DNA of 64,000 nt, taken from contig JAJYLD010000005.1 of assembly GCA_021788015.1 (NCBI GenBank), forward strand, positions 349 through 64,348. Reading direction: 5' to 3'. Each line of letters starts with the position of its first letter. Position 1 is the first letter of the stretch. Positions 35,983 to 46,437 of the stretch are shown piece after piece. Source of the DNA: a bacterium (lineage in GTDB: Bacteria > Patescibacteriota > Patescibacteriia > Patescibacteriales > JAKAJF01). Below the pieces are notes generated by a model, which did no database searches, was not told where the DNA came from, and saw only the letters and a list, made by a program, of their open reading frames with translations. A program made the translations under genes and the position numbers.

Positions 35983-38493
35983 ATGGCCAAACGAAAAAGA
36001 ATAAGAAGAGGCGACGGTAATCCTTTGGATTATATTTCTTTGCCTCGTATCGAGCTCGACCCTCAAATAAAAAGAGGTATTTTTATCGTTTTCATTTTAA
36101 CCGTCGGCGTCATTTCTCTTTTGAGTCTTTTTGACTCGGCCGGAGCGGTCGGCGTTTATCTTGCCAAAGGCTTGGCGTTTGTTTTCGGTTTGGGAAAATG
36201 GATTTTTCCGTTACTTCTTTTAAGTTTGGGCTATTCGCTTTACAAAGAAAAAAAACCGCGGAGCGCCGCTTACTTGGGAGTGTTCTTCTTTATTATTTCT
36301 TTTCAGGCCCTTTTGCATCTTTCTCTCGCTTTTAACATGGGCTATCCTTCCGATTCGCCGATTATGGGCGCGGAAATCGCCAACAACTGGAATCTAAGCG
36401 CGAGCTCCGGTTCGGGCGGGGGTTATCTCGGTTTTTATTTGGCTTCGACTTTCATAAATATTTTGGGCATTTGGGCGAGCTTTGCGGTAACGATCGCTTT
36501 ATTTTTAGTTTCCTTGATGCTCATGTTCAACACCACTCTTTCAAGATTAATCGGCCGAGAGAGTTGGTTTGCGAAAATAATTTATTTTATCAATTACATT
36601 TTTGCGAAAATTTTCCATAGCGAGAACGAAGAAGGCGATTACCAAGACGAACAAGGGCCCGAAGAAGCGCCGGAAGAAACCGAAGAGGGGGAAGAAGAGG
36701 AGGACGCAGGCGAAGGAATTGAATTCAGTTTGAAAAAAATAAAATCCGAACCGAGCAAACTTGCCAAAGAAATTAACAAGAAACAAAAAGCTGAAGAAGA
36801 AAAAAATTGGAAGCCGAGCAATGTCAAAATAGACATTCCTTTAGATTTACTTTCGGAGAAAGGCGGAAAGCCGACAAGCGGCGATATAAAAGCCAACATT
36901 GAAATCATAAAAAGAACTTTGGAAAATTTCGGCATACCGGTGGAAATGAGCGAGGTAAACGTAGGCCCCACCGTTACGCAATACACTTTCAAGCCGGCGG
37001 ACGGGGTAAAATTGTCTCGCATTACCACTTTAAACAACGATTTGGCTTTATCTTTGGCGGCGCATCCGATCAGAATCGAAGCTCCGATTCCGGGTAAATC
37101 ATTGGTCGGCATCGAAGTGCCGAACCAAACAAAGGCGATTGTAGGTTTGAAAGAAATTCTTTCCGACAAAGCTTTCTCGACCCGCAAAAGTAATCTTATG
37201 ATCGGGCTTGGGAAAGACGTGGGCGGTAAAGTTTGGCTTGACGACTTGGGGAAAATGCCGCATCTTCTCGTCGCCGGCGCGACCAATTCGGGGAAATCGG
37301 TTTGCCTTAATTCGATAATCGTCGGTTTGCTTTATCAGAACAATCCCGATGATTTGAAATTTATTTTGGTCGATCCGAAACGAGTCGAACTCCCGGTCTA
37401 TAACGGCATACCGCATCTTTTGACCCCGGTCATAACCGACGTGCCGAAAACCGTGAACGCTTTGAAATGGTGTTTGAACGAAATGGACCGTCGTTTCGAA
37501 CTTTTGGCCAAAGCGGGAAAGAGAAATATTCAGAGTTACAATCAAACTTTGAGAAAAGGCGAGCAAAAAATGCCGTATTTGATTTTCATAATCGATGAAT
37601 TGGCCGATTTGATGGTTGCGGCCGCCCGCGATGTCGAGCCGGGAATAATACGCCTCGCCCAGATGGCGCGCGCGGTCGGAATCCATTTGATTTTGGCGAC
37701 GCAAAGACCGAGCGTTGACGTTATCACCGGTCTTATCAAGGCGAATATGCCGGCGCGCATCGCCTTTTCCGTCGCTTCCGGAATCGACTCGCGCACAATC
37801 CTCGATTCACTCGGCGCGGAGAAGCTCTTGGGTCGGGGCGATATGCTTTTTTCGACGGCGGAATTACAAAAACCGAAAAGAATCCAGGGAGCCTTGATTG
37901 ATGACAATGAAATAAGACGCATAGTCAATTACATCAAAGAAAAATCCGAAGGCCCGAATTATGTCGAGGGCGTGACGGAAAGACAGAAAGTGAGCGGAAT
38001 CGGAGGAGTCGGCCTTGATGGAAATTTCGGCGACGAAGACGATTTGCTCGAGGAAGCGAAAGAAACGATCATCAATTCCGGCAAAGCCTCCGCTTCTTAT
38101 TTGCAGCGTCGATTAAGCATCGGTTACGCTCGCGCGGCGCGGCTGCTTGATCTGCTTGAAGAAGCCGGAGTTATCGGTCCGTCTAACGGCTCCAAGCCTC
38201 GTGATATTTTAATCACGAAAGAACAATATGAAAACATGATTTTCGGCGGAGGCATGAGCGGCGTCGCTTTGCACAACCGCGAAGAATCGACCCCTCCCGA
38301 TGAATATTTGGGCGGTTCCAAAGATGACGAAGGCGAAGAGGAGGATGAGGAAGAAATTAAGGAAACGGGAGAAGAACTCGGCGAAGAAGATGAAAAATTA
38401 AAAGAACTGGAAAGCGACGACATGCCGGTACATTCGGAAATAAAAAATGAAGACGATTTTGATGAAGACGACGGAAAATTTTTTTCAAGATAG
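35983..38493 (+). CDS. ftsK: DNA translocase FtsK
   Basis: N-terminal TMs, an acidic linker, GATNSGKS Walker A, a C-terminal gamma wHTH (ASYLQRRLSIGYARAARL) and an acidic tail. Confidence 0.95.
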   Translation: MAKRKRIRRGDGNPLDYISLPRIELDPQIKRGIFIVFILTVGVISLLSLFDSAGAVGVYLAKGLAFVFGLGKWIFPLLLLSLGYSLYKEKKPRSAAYLGVFFFIISFQALLHLSLAFNMGYPSDSPIMGAEIANNWNLSASSGSGGGYLGFYLASTFINILGIWASFAVTIALFLVSLMLMFNTTLSRLIGRESWFAKIIYFINYIFAKIFHSENEEGDYQDEQGPEEAPEETEEGEEEEDAGEGIEFSLKKIKSEPSKLAKEINKKQKAEEEKNWKPSNVKIDIPLDLLSEKGGKPTSGDIKANIEIIKRTLENFGIPVEMSEVNVGPTVTQYTFKPADGVKLSRITTLNNDLALSLAAHPIRIEAPIPGKSLVGIEVPNQTKAIVGLKEILSDKAFSTRKSNLMIGLGKDVGGKVWLDDLGKMPHLLVAGATNSGKSVCLNSIIVGLLYQNNPDDLKFILVDPKRVELPVYNGIPHLLTPVITDVPKTVNALKWCLNEMDRRFELLAKAGKRNIQSYNQTLRKGEQKMPYLIFIIDELADLMVAAARDVEPGIIRLAQMARAVGIHLILATQRPSVDVITGLIKANMPARIAFSVASGIDSRTILDSLGAEKLLGRGDMLFSTAELQKPKRIQGALIDDNEIRRIVNYIKEKSEGPNYVEGVTERQKVSGIGGVGLDGNFGDEDDLLEEAKETIINSGKASASYLQRRLSIGYARAARLLDLLEEAGVIGPSNGSKPRDILITKEQYENMIFGGGMSGVALHNREESTPPDEYLGGSKDDEGEEEDEEEIKETGEELGEEDEKLKELESDDMPVHSEIKNEDDFDEDDGKFFSR

Positions 38494-39198
38494 ATTTATA
38501 AATTAAAAAGACCCCATGCATATTTGAGTAGCTTTGTATTTTTTAAACTGTTTGGTTTTTTATCTTTTCTGAAAAATCTTTTTACCAATTATAAAAATTT
38601 CTCCGGTATCGATTTCGTCTCAAGACGCTTCGTTCGGGTCTCTCCGCGGAGGGTCGTTTTTTTAGACATCTGCCTGTCGGCAGGCGGGAAGAACCAAAAA
38701 GTCGCTCGCTTGAGAAAATTAAGGAATTTTTCGTTTTCGCTCGGGACGATTTCAAACTAGCTACACACAAACAGTGAAATCTTTTTTCTTCGCTTTCGGT
38801 AAAAAATTCCACTAAATTTTCTATGCTCGCATGGCTTGCATTTCTGGAAATTTTGCGTTAAAATAATAATAAATAAAGAGGCGAGAATTAGCGAAAAAAA
38901 ATAACTAATTTAAGCCTAAATAAGCCAGAACCCATCTCAAAAATAATCTCTAGCTCTTTTTCAGTCTTTTTCGGTTGCAAAATCCAAAAATCTCGTCGAA
39001 ATAGCTTAAATTATTACTCCTCAATTTTTGTATTTTTCCCTCGAAAAATCCTTGAAAAAGACTAAAAGCTATTTTCGAGACAGGTTTTAATAAAAATTGC
39101 TGATTATATGCATTTTTTATTTATTTTAGCGGGCAGTCCGGTCGACGAATAAAAAACCCATTAATCTACAAACAATAAAAAATATAACTTTAATTTTT

Positions 39199-39324
39199 AT
39201 GTATCCCGTTAGAAGCCGCGATCGCTTCGACAGGAAAAACATAAACAAGCAAAAAATCTAATTAATTATATTACACAGATCGAAATCAATATTCTTGATC
39301 GCGATCTGATTCTAATGGGATGTA
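39199..39324 (+). repeat. Family A start-codon hairpin element, copy 2
   Basis: ATGTA+TCCCGTTAGAAGCCGCGATCGC ... GATCGCGATCTGATTCTAATGGGATGTA. The terminal ATG is the start of 39320. Confidence 0.9.
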
Positions 39325-39964
39325 CATAACATGGTTGGGACAATCCTGCCTTAAACTTTCCGATAAAACCGGCTCCGATGCCGTAACTTTAATCACCGAT
39401 CCGTTTGACAAACAAATCGGCCTTCCGGTTCCGCATGTCGAAGCCGATATCGTAACCATAAGCCATGGTCATTTTGACCATAACAACAAAGACGCCGTGC
39501 GAGGCAACCCTTTTGTAATAGATGCGGCGGGCGAATACGACGTGAAGGGAGTGCAAATCGTTGGGATAGATTCCTATCACGATGACAAAGAAGGGAAAGA
39601 GCGGGGCAAAAATGTAATTTATCGCATAACCATGGACGATCTTTCCGTCGTTCATTTGGGCGATCTGGGTCACACGCTCGATGATAAGCAGCTTGAAAAA
39701 ATAAACGGCACGGATATTTTATTTATTCCTGTCGGCGGCGTGTATACCATCGACGCAAGAAGGGCGGTCGAAGTGATAGCGCAAATCGAACCGAGAATCG
39801 TCATGCCCATGCACTATAAAATCAAAGATTTGAAAGTAGAGCTCGATGGAGTCGATAAATTTATAAAAGAAATCGGGTTGACGCCGAAATATGAAGATAA
39901 ATTTAAAATTTCGAAAAAAGATTTGCCGCAGGAAGAGATGGAACTGGTGATACTAAACCTGTAA
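39320..39964 (+). CDS. Metallo-beta-lactamase-fold hydrolase (UPF0173-like)
   Basis: ITWLGQSC...SHGHFDHN...HLGDLGH. Confidence 0.75.
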   Translation: MYITWLGQSCLKLSDKTGSDAVTLITDPFDKQIGLPVPHVEADIVTISHGHFDHNNKDAVRGNPFVIDAAGEYDVKGVQIVGIDSYHDDKEGKERGKNVIYRITMDDLSVVHLGDLGHTLDDKQLEKINGTDILFIPVGGVYTIDARRAVEVIAQIEPRIVMPMHYKIKDLKVELDGVDKFIKEIGLTPKYEDKFKISKKDLPQEEMELVILNL

Positions 39965-39999
39965 TTTGTTAAAGTATAAATTATAAATATAAAAACCTT

Positions 40000-40106
40000 A
40001 TTAATCCCGTTAGATATCCTGATTATTCAAATGTAAATCGGTATGCCTGATGGGATCGTAAAAAAATTTTTATGTCAACAAAACAACAAATATCTAACGG
40101 GATGAA
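40000..40106 (+). repeat. Family A element, divergent short copy 3
   Basis: Perfect 14-bp IR ATCCCGTTAGATAT (40004-17) / ATATCTAACGGGAT (40090-103). The terminal ATG at 40102 starts a signal peptide. Confidence 0.8.
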
Positions 40107-41010
40107 AACAACAAAGATTTTTTTAAGCTTGATTTTTTGCCTTAGTCTGGCCGTGCCGGCGGGGTACATAAAAGCCGACGATTCGGCCGCTCAGACGGCG
40201 TCTTCGACCGCTTCAACCACGACCGAGATAACGATCGGAACCGACGCGTCGAGCACTTCCGTTACCGTCAACCAACAAGAAGAGAGTGAAGGAGTCGAAA
40301 GCGAATCAAAAAATGACAACGAAGAGGCCGAAACCGATACCGGGACCAGCACGGAAATAAGCACGAGCACAGAAGAAGGCGTAAACGAAGAAGCGAGTTC
40401 GACCGAAGATTTAAATTTGTCGGATTACGGAAATGTGGCGAAATTTTTAATTAACGGTCACGCGAATTTAATTTTGATCCAGATAAAGCAAAAAATAAAC
40501 GAAAAGAAAGAAAAAGAAGCGGAAGACAAATTCGCGAAAATTTTACAAACTAACGGAACGGCAAGCTCAACCTTGAAAGATGTCATTACGCAATTCATCA
40601 CTTACGGTTTTAACAATGACACGGAAAAATTGGGCGAAGGCGAAAGAGCGGCCGTAGTCAGTTCTTTCAAGGCGGCGTTCAACAGATTGCCGGAAACGCA
40701 AAACGATTTGACCGATCTCATTAAAATCGCCAACGGAAGATTCCCGTCCGAACACAGCGCGAGCTCCGAAAAAAGAGCGGAAGAAATTTTTACGGAAATT
40801 TATCGCCGCGCGCCCGACATGAGCAATCAGCATGACAAGGCGGCCATAGAAATCATGGCTTACGGATTAAGACAAACGGCCGGGCACAGGAATTTGGATA
40901 GCGAAAAAGCGGGTATAAATATATTCAAGAACATATTCAAACATTTACCGACATCAACGGAAGACTGGAATGCGATGCAAGCCATCACTTACTCCGGAGC
41001 GCAAAGATGA
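40102..41010 (+). CDS. Secreted protein: Ser/Thr/Glu-rich N-terminal region plus a conserved-looking C-terminal domain (hypothetical)
   Basis: MKTTKIFLSLIFCLSLAVPAG signal peptide starts at ATG 40102. The upstream ATG 40072 lies inside the repeat. Confidence 0.6.
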   Translation: MKTTKIFLSLIFCLSLAVPAGYIKADDSAAQTASSTASTTTEITIGTDASSTSVTVNQQEESEGVESESKNDNEEAETDTGTSTEISTSTEEGVNEEASSTEDLNLSDYGNVAKFLINGHANLILIQIKQKINEKKEKEAEDKFAKILQTNGTASSTLKDVITQFITYGFNNDTEKLGEGERAAVVSSFKAAFNRLPETQNDLTDLIKIANGRFPSEHSASSEKRAEEIFTEIYRRAPDMSNQHDKAAIEIMAYGLRQTAGHRNLDSEKAGINIFKNIFKHLPTSTEDWNAMQAITYSGAQR

Positions 41011-41070
41011 TTTTGTTTTTTCTTCGATTGCCCCTTTAAAAAAGGGGCAATCTGTAGAAAAAATAATAAT

Positions 41071-41475
41071 ATGAAAACAAAAAAAGAAAAACCGAAAAGA
41101 AACACGAAGGCCGAACGAAAACAGAAAACGAGCGCTTACGCCAAGATGGAAACGGAAAAAGAATTGCGTAGCAAAAAGATGATTATGTGGAGCGGCGTCA
41201 GTTTTTTTATGGTTTTCATCGCGATCGTTTGGATCGTGAACATGAAAAACATTTTTAAGAATAATTCATTGCTGTTTGCGGCAAAGCAAGAAAATGGTGT
41301 AAGTGCCGATGATTTTTCAAAAAATTTGACCAAGTCGTTTTCCGAATTGAGAGCGGGGCTGAACCAGCTGAAAAATTTACAAAACGAAAATCAGACAGCC
41401 TCGACCCAAACTCAGAATGCGACAGACGAAAAAATACAGGAATTAAAAAACAAACTGGAACAAAGTGCAAAATAA
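41071..41475 (+). CDS. Membrane-anchored coiled-coil protein (hypothetical)
   Basis: Basic N-terminus, one TM (WSGVSFFMVFIAIVWIV), Q/N-rich tail. Confidence 0.5.
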   Translation: MKTKKEKPKRNTKAERKQKTSAYAKMETEKELRSKKMIMWSGVSFFMVFIAIVWIVNMKNIFKNNSLLFAAKQENGVSADDFSKNLTKSFSELRAGLNQLKNLQNENQTASTQTQNATDEKIQELKNKLEQSAK

Positions 41476-41621
41476 TACAAAAATTAATTAAAAATGCAAA
41501 ATTACAATGCAAAATGTAAAACGCAAATGAATTTGAAAAACACATTAAACGATGCAGAGTAATTTGAATTTTTATTTGTCATTTTTAATTTTGATTTTTA
41601 CACTTTAATTTTTTTTATAAC

Positions 41622-44279
41622 ATGAAGAAGAATAATAAAAAAATGAAACCGCAGGCTAAAAAAGAACCGAAAAGGAATATCGTTAAGAAGGAGTCGTCAA
41701 AGAAAAAAATCGCCAAAGAAGAAACAGGAAAAGAAATTGAGACAATTAAAAAACAAGAACTCCAGGAAGAAATGATTCAGAATGAAGAGGGAATGATGGC
41801 GAAGAGTCAGCTTGTTAACGGGAAAACCGATACTCCTTTCGGCATGGTTTTGTCGCAGCCGATTATCGACGAGATGCGCAAATCATATTTGGATTACGCG
41901 ATGAGCGTAATAGTCGCGCGCGCTCTTCCCGACGTTCGCGACGGACTCAAGCCCGTTCACAGAAGAATACTTTACGCCATGTGGGATATCGGATTGAAGC
42001 CGACCGCCAAATTCAGAAAATCGGCGACCGTTGTCGGCGAAGTGTTGGGCAAATATCATCCGCACGGCGATACGGCGGTTTATGATTCCATGGTGCGCAT
42101 GGCGCAAGATTTTTCTATGCGTTACCCGTTGGTCAACGGCCAGGGAAACTTCGGTTCTATGGACGGCGACAACGCCGCCGCCATGCGTTACACGGAGGCG
42201 AAACTCGCCGCGATCGCCGAGGAAATGCTTTTTGACATTGACAAAAATACGGTCGATTTTATCCCGAATTTCGACGGTTCGCAAAAAGAACCGCGCGTGC
42301 TTCCGGCAAAACTGCCCAATCTTCTTTTGAACGGAACCATGGGTATCGCGGTTGGCATGGCGACGAATATTCCACCGCATAATTTGGGCGAACTGTCGGA
42401 AGCGATTATGCATTTAATCGATAATCCCGACGCAACAATCGAGGATTTGATGCGATTTGTCAAAGGTCCGGATTTTCCGACCGGCGGAATTATTTATAAC
42501 AATAAAGACATTCTTCAGGCTTACGCCACCGGCAAGGGCGGCATTGTTATGCGCGGACGAGCGGAAACGGTTGAAACGAAAAGCGGCAATATGCAGATTA
42601 TAGTTACGGAAATTCCGTTCCAGGTAAACAAAGCGGCTTTGGTCGAAAAAATCGCCGATCTTGTGAAGAACAAAAAGCTGGACGGAATCAAAGATCTCCG
42701 CGACGAATCGGATAAAGAAGGTGTGCGCATCGTCATCGAATTGAAAAAAGACGCCTATCCGAAAAAGATTTTAAACGGTTTGTACAAGCAGACGCAGCTT
42801 CAAGAAACTTTTCATGTCAACACGCTCGCTTTAATCGACGGCATCCAGCCGAAAGTTTTGACTTTAAAAATGGTTCTAGAAGAATTTATCAAACATCGCG
42901 AAGAAGTGGTCAGGCGCAGGACGCAATTCGATTTGGACAAAGCGAAGGACAGGGCTCATATTTTGGAAGGTTTGATGATCGCGTTGAATAATATCGACGC
43001 GGTCATAAAAACAATCAAGGCTTCGAAAGACAGAGATATGGCCAAAGAAAATTTGATGAAGAAGTTCAAATTGTCAGAACGTCAAGCCGTGGCAATTTTG
43101 GAAATGCGTCTTCAAAATCTCGCCAACCTCGAAAGATTAAAAATCGAAAACGAACTTAAGGAGAAACGGTCCTTGATCAAAGAATTGGAATCGATTTTAA
43201 AATCGTCGGCCAAGATTAAGGACATAATCAAAAATGAAACTAAGGCTTTGGCGGAAAAATTTTCGAGCCCGAGAAAAACGCAAATTATGGTCCATGGCAT
43301 AAAAGATTTTTCCATGGAAGATCTCGTGCCGAACGAAGAAGCCATGGTTCTGATGACTCGCGACGGCTATATCAAACGCATCGCTCCGGACACTTTTAAA
43401 GTGCAAAGTCGCGGCGGGAAAGGCGTTATCGGCTTGACCACAAAAGAAGAAGATACGGTCGAGTTCATGTTTACGACCGTAACTCACAGCGATATTTTGT
43501 TTTTTACAACCCGCGGTCGGGTCTTTCAACTCAAAGCCTACGAGATTCCGCAAGCGACCAGAACCGCAAAGGGTCAGGCGATTGTAAACTTTTTGCAACT
43601 GCCGCAAAACGAAAAAGTAACTTCGGTTTTGCCTTTGGACAAAATCAACAATAATAAATACCTTTTCTTCGCGACCGAAAAAGGTTTGGTGAAAAAAGTG
43701 GAAATCGGCGCTTTCGCGAATGTCCGCCGTTCCGGTTTGATCGCGATTAAAATAAAAGAAGACGATAAATTAATCTGGGCGAAACCGACTTCGGGAGAGG
43801 ATCATATCCTTCTGGTAACCGCCGGCGGCCAGGCGATCCGTTTTAAAGAAAAAGACGTTCGCGATATGGGGAGAAACGCGGCCGGAGTCAGGGGCATGCG
43901 TTTAAAAAAGGACGATGTTATCGTCGGCATGGGCGTGATTAAAACCGACAAAGAAAAATTAAAAAAATACCAAGTCCTTTGTGTTATGGAACAGGGTTTC
44001 GGCAAACGCACGACTTTGGGTTTGTATAAGGTTCAGGGCCGTGGCGGGTCCGGAGTGAAAACCGCGAAAGTGACCGCGAAAACCGGAAAAATAATCAACG
44101 CCTTCGTGGTCAATTCCGAAAGCATGACCGAAAAAGATTTGATCATTATTTCCGAAAAAGGCCAAGTCATAAGATTACCGTTCAAGTCCGTCAACGAGCT
44201 GGGGCGCGATACCCAGGGCGTGCGCTTGATGCGCTTTAAGGAAACGGGCGATAAAGTCGCCGGAGTGACTTGGGCATAA
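41622..44279 (+). CDS. gyrA: DNA gyrase subunit A with a roughly 60-aa Lys-rich N-terminal extension
   Basis: [32 protein letters not shown] (catalytic Tyr), C-terminal beta-pinwheel repeats. Confidence 0.95.
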   Translation: MKKNNKKMKPQAKKEPKRNIVKKESSKKKIAKEETGKEIETIKKQELQEEMIQNEEGMMAKSQLVNGKTDTPFGMVLSQPIIDEMRKSYLDYAMSVIVARALPDVRDGLKPVHRRILYAMWDIGLKPTAKFRKSATVVGEVLGKYHPHGDTAVYDSMVRMAQDFSMRYPLVNGQGNFGSMDGDNAAAMRYTEAKLAAIAEEMLFDIDKNTVDFIPNFDGSQKEPRVLPAKLPNLLLNGTMGIAVGMATNIPPHNLGELSEAIMHLIDNPDATIEDLMRFVKGPDFPTGGIIYNNKDILQAYATGKGGIVMRGRAETVETKSGNMQIIVTEIPFQVNKAALVEKIADLVKNKKLDGIKDLRDESDKEGVRIVIELKKDAYPKKILNGLYKQTQLQETFHVNTLALIDGIQPKVLTLKMVLEEFIKHREEVVRRRTQFDLDKAKDRAHILEGLMIALNNIDAVIKTIKASKDRDMAKENLMKKFKLSERQAVAILEMRLQNLANLERLKIENELKEKRSLIKELESILKSSAKIKDIIKNETKALAEKFSSPRKTQIMVHGIKDFSMEDLVPNEEAMVLMTRDGYIKRIAPDTFKVQSRGGKGVIGLTTKEEDTVEFMFTTVTHSDILFFTTRGRVFQLKAYEIPQATRTAKGQAIVNFLQLPQNEKVTSVLPLDKINNNKYLFFATEKGLVKKVEIGAFANVRRSGLIAIKIKEDDKLIWAKPTSGEDHILLVTAGGQAIRFKEKDVRDMGRNAAGVRGMRLKKDDVIVGMGVIKTDKEKLKKYQVLCVMEQGFGKRTTLGLYKVQGRGGSGVKTAKVTAKTGKIINAFVVNSESMTEKDLIIISEKGQVIRLPFKSVNELGRDTQGVRLMRFKETGDKVAGVTWA

Positions 44280-44349
44280 AAATTTAAAAAATAAAAAATA
44301 AAATATAAAAAATAACCCCGCGTTTTACAGGGTTGTTTGGAGAAGTTGT

Positions 44350-44547
44350 TTACAGCTTGCCTTCCAGGCGTAAGCGAGAAAGAGTTTCTTTATAAGGTTC
44401 ATCGGGACGCGATGTCAGTTCTTCTTGGACAAATTCCAGGTCTGTCGAACTGGCGTTACCAAGGACTTCTCTTCGCCAATCTCCATCGCATCCATCCAAA
44501 CTGCTATTGCAAGTCAAAGCGTCAAAGATTTCTTTTCTTGATGACAT
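44350..44547 (-). CDS. Small acidic Cys-containing protein (65 aa, hypothetical)
   Basis: AGGAGGAGATATATG SD and start. Shares a hairpin with the gyrA 3' end. Confidence 0.5.
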   Translation of the reverse strand: MSSRKEIFDALTCNSSLDGCDGDWRREVLGNASSTDLEFVQEELTSRPDEPYKETLSRLRLEGKL

Positions 44548-44721
44548 ATATCTCCTCCTGTTTTTATTTTGTTTGTTTCAGGCCATATTAGCATTATTAA
44601 TAATGCGTGTCAATTCGGTGAAATGTTGAAATGATTTGCTTTAAATATTTTTTTCGGATAAAATAGATATAAATAATTTATAAAATAAAATATGCCAATT
44701 GAACAAAAAAAGTCCGTCGGG

Positions 44722-45711
44722 ATGAAAAAAATCGTATTTTTGGGCCTGGCTTCGGTTTTTCTTGTAACCGGCTGCAGTTTAAAATCAAACGCGAATGCCG
44801 TCAAAACAATTACTCCCGATGAAGCGAAAATAAAAGCGGAAAATTATATCAACGCCAACTTGATGACCGGCGGAAACAAGGTCGCGATCAAAGACATTGC
44901 GGAAGAAGAGGGACTATATAAAATTGATGTAGTTTTGCCGAATGGTCAATCAATAACTTCTTACTTAACCGAAGATGGAACAAAATTTTTCCCGCAAGCT
45001 TTGGATACGAATCAAAACCTGAATACGCAAAATAATAATGCCCAGAGCGACAATGCCGCGCCGCAACAGCAGTCGATCCCGAAAACTGATAGGCCTAATG
45101 TGGAATTATTCGTCATGGCCTATTGTCCTTACGGCACCCAAATGGAAAAGGGAATTTTGCCGGTCGTCGATGCTTTAAAAAACAAAATCAATTTTGAAAT
45201 TAAATTCTGCGATTATTCCATGCACGGAGAAGGAGAAATTAACGAAGAATTAAGACAGGTTTGTATAAAAAAAGACGCCCCGGACAAATACGAGACTTAT
45301 TTGAAATGTTTTTTGAAGGCGGGAGCGGACCAATCCGATCAGTGCTTAAAGACGGCCGGGATCGATAAAAATAAAATCGATTCATGCTCGGCTCAGGTCG
45401 ACAAACAATATCAGGTCAAAGCGAAATTCGCGGACAAGAGCCGATGGCCGAACGGGAGCTTCCCTCCTTTTGACGTTTATAAAGCCGATAATGAAAAGTA
45501 CGGAGTGCAAGGTTCGCCCACTTTGGTCATCAATGGCGTCCAGGCGAATACCAATCGCGATTCGGAAAGCTTGTTAAAAACGATTTGTTCGGCCTTTACA
45601 AAAGAACCGGCCGAATGTAAAACAACTTTACCAAGCGTCACCCCCTCTACGGGTTTCGGAGACGGCAATGCGACCGATTCGGGGTCGGGGGCCAATTGCG
45701 CGACCAATTAA
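44722..45711 (+). CDS. Lipoprotein with thioredoxin-fold-like domain
   Basis: Lipobox LVTGC after MKKIVFLGLASVF. CPYG motif in FVMAYCPYGTQ. ATG 44692 is also possible. Confidence 0.55.
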   Translation: MKKIVFLGLASVFLVTGCSLKSNANAVKTITPDEAKIKAENYINANLMTGGNKVAIKDIAEEEGLYKIDVVLPNGQSITSYLTEDGTKFFPQALDTNQNLNTQNNNAQSDNAAPQQQSIPKTDRPNVELFVMAYCPYGTQMEKGILPVVDALKNKINFEIKFCDYSMHGEGEINEELRQVCIKKDAPDKYETYLKCFLKAGADQSDQCLKTAGIDKNKIDSCSAQVDKQYQVKAKFADKSRWPNGSFPPFDVYKADNEKYGVQGSPTLVINGVQANTNRDSESLLKTICSAFTKEPAECKTTLPSVTPSTGFGDGNATDSGSGANCATN

Positions 45712-45713
45712 AC

Positions 45714-45955
45714 ACGAATCCCGTTAGGAGCAGCGATCGTTTTTTACGGGAGCGGACAAAAACATAGAATAAAAAACCATAATTTACGCAAATGCGCAAT
45801 TTAAGATTTTGATCGCGATCCCGATACCGCAAATCCTATCGGATTCGGCCACGGGACAAGTTCTGCCGCGCAAAACTTATTATTAACCACGTCTCGCCCC
45901 CGTAGTCACCGAATTTACGAGGTGCACTACAGGGGTCTGCTTTTAACGGAATGAA
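45714..45955 (+). repeat. Family A element, long copy 4, with an extra ~117-nt structured module (45821-45937)
   Basis: The 5' arm is aatcccgttaggagcagcgatcg. The module is ATCCCGATACC...CCCCGTAGTCACCgaatttacgaGGTGcACTACaGGGGTC. The 3' arm TGCTTTTAACGGAATGAA ends in ATG 45951. Confidence 0.85.
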
Positions 45956-46325
45956 TAAAAAATATAAAGTCCTTGTTGTCGAAGATGACGATCTCATCAG
46001 TTCGATGTACAAAATCAAATTTGAAAACGAAGGGTTCGAAGTAACCGTTGCCGGAAACGGCGCCGAGGGATTGGATAACGCCAAAAAGGGAGACTTTGAT
46101 TTAATTCTTCTGGATGTAATTTTGCCGCAATTGGACGGATTTTCGATTTTGTCGGAAATAAAAAAGGACAAAAAAGCGAAAGACATACCCGTAATCATGC
46201 TGACCAATCTCGGAACGGACGAAGATATTCAGAAGGGGAAAAATTTGGGAGCGATTGACTATATAATCAAATCGAGCTTTACGCCTTCGCAAGTGAGCGA
46301 GAAAATTAAGACTTACTTAAAGTAA
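45951..46325 (+). CDS. Receiver-only response regulator (CheY-like)
   Basis: VEDD, the phospho-acceptor D in LILLDVILP, and T/K motifs (MLTNLG, IIKS). Confidence 0.9.
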   Translation: MNKKYKVLVVEDDDLISSMYKIKFENEGFEVTVAGNGAEGLDNAKKGDFDLILLDVILPQLDGFSILSEIKKDKKAKDIPVIMLTNLGTDEDIQKGKNLGAIDYIIKSSFTPSQVSEKIKTYLK

Positions 46326-46437
46326 ATTAAAATACAAATATACTAATGGATGCGAATAATACGAATGAATACTAATTTTTGTTATTCGTGTTTATTTGTA
46401 TAATTAGTATGCATTCGTATATTAGTATCTTATTGTT

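Noticed and set aside
45836-46207. Minus-strand ORF of 123 aa that shares a peptide (ADP.SAPRK.GDYG) with ORF 53044-53472. It could look like a conserved gene family.
   Set aside because: The shared segment is just the translation of the repeated ~117-nt RNA-like module. There is no SD, it overlaps the response-regulator gene antisense, and similarity stops at the repeat borders.
46330-46432. A dense set of ATACTAAT/ATTAGTAT and GAATG/CATTC words between the response regulator and ndk, considered as a regulatory array.
   Set aside because: It forms one large imperfect palindrome consistent with a terminator or spacer hairpin. There is no second copy or clear operator spacing to support more.
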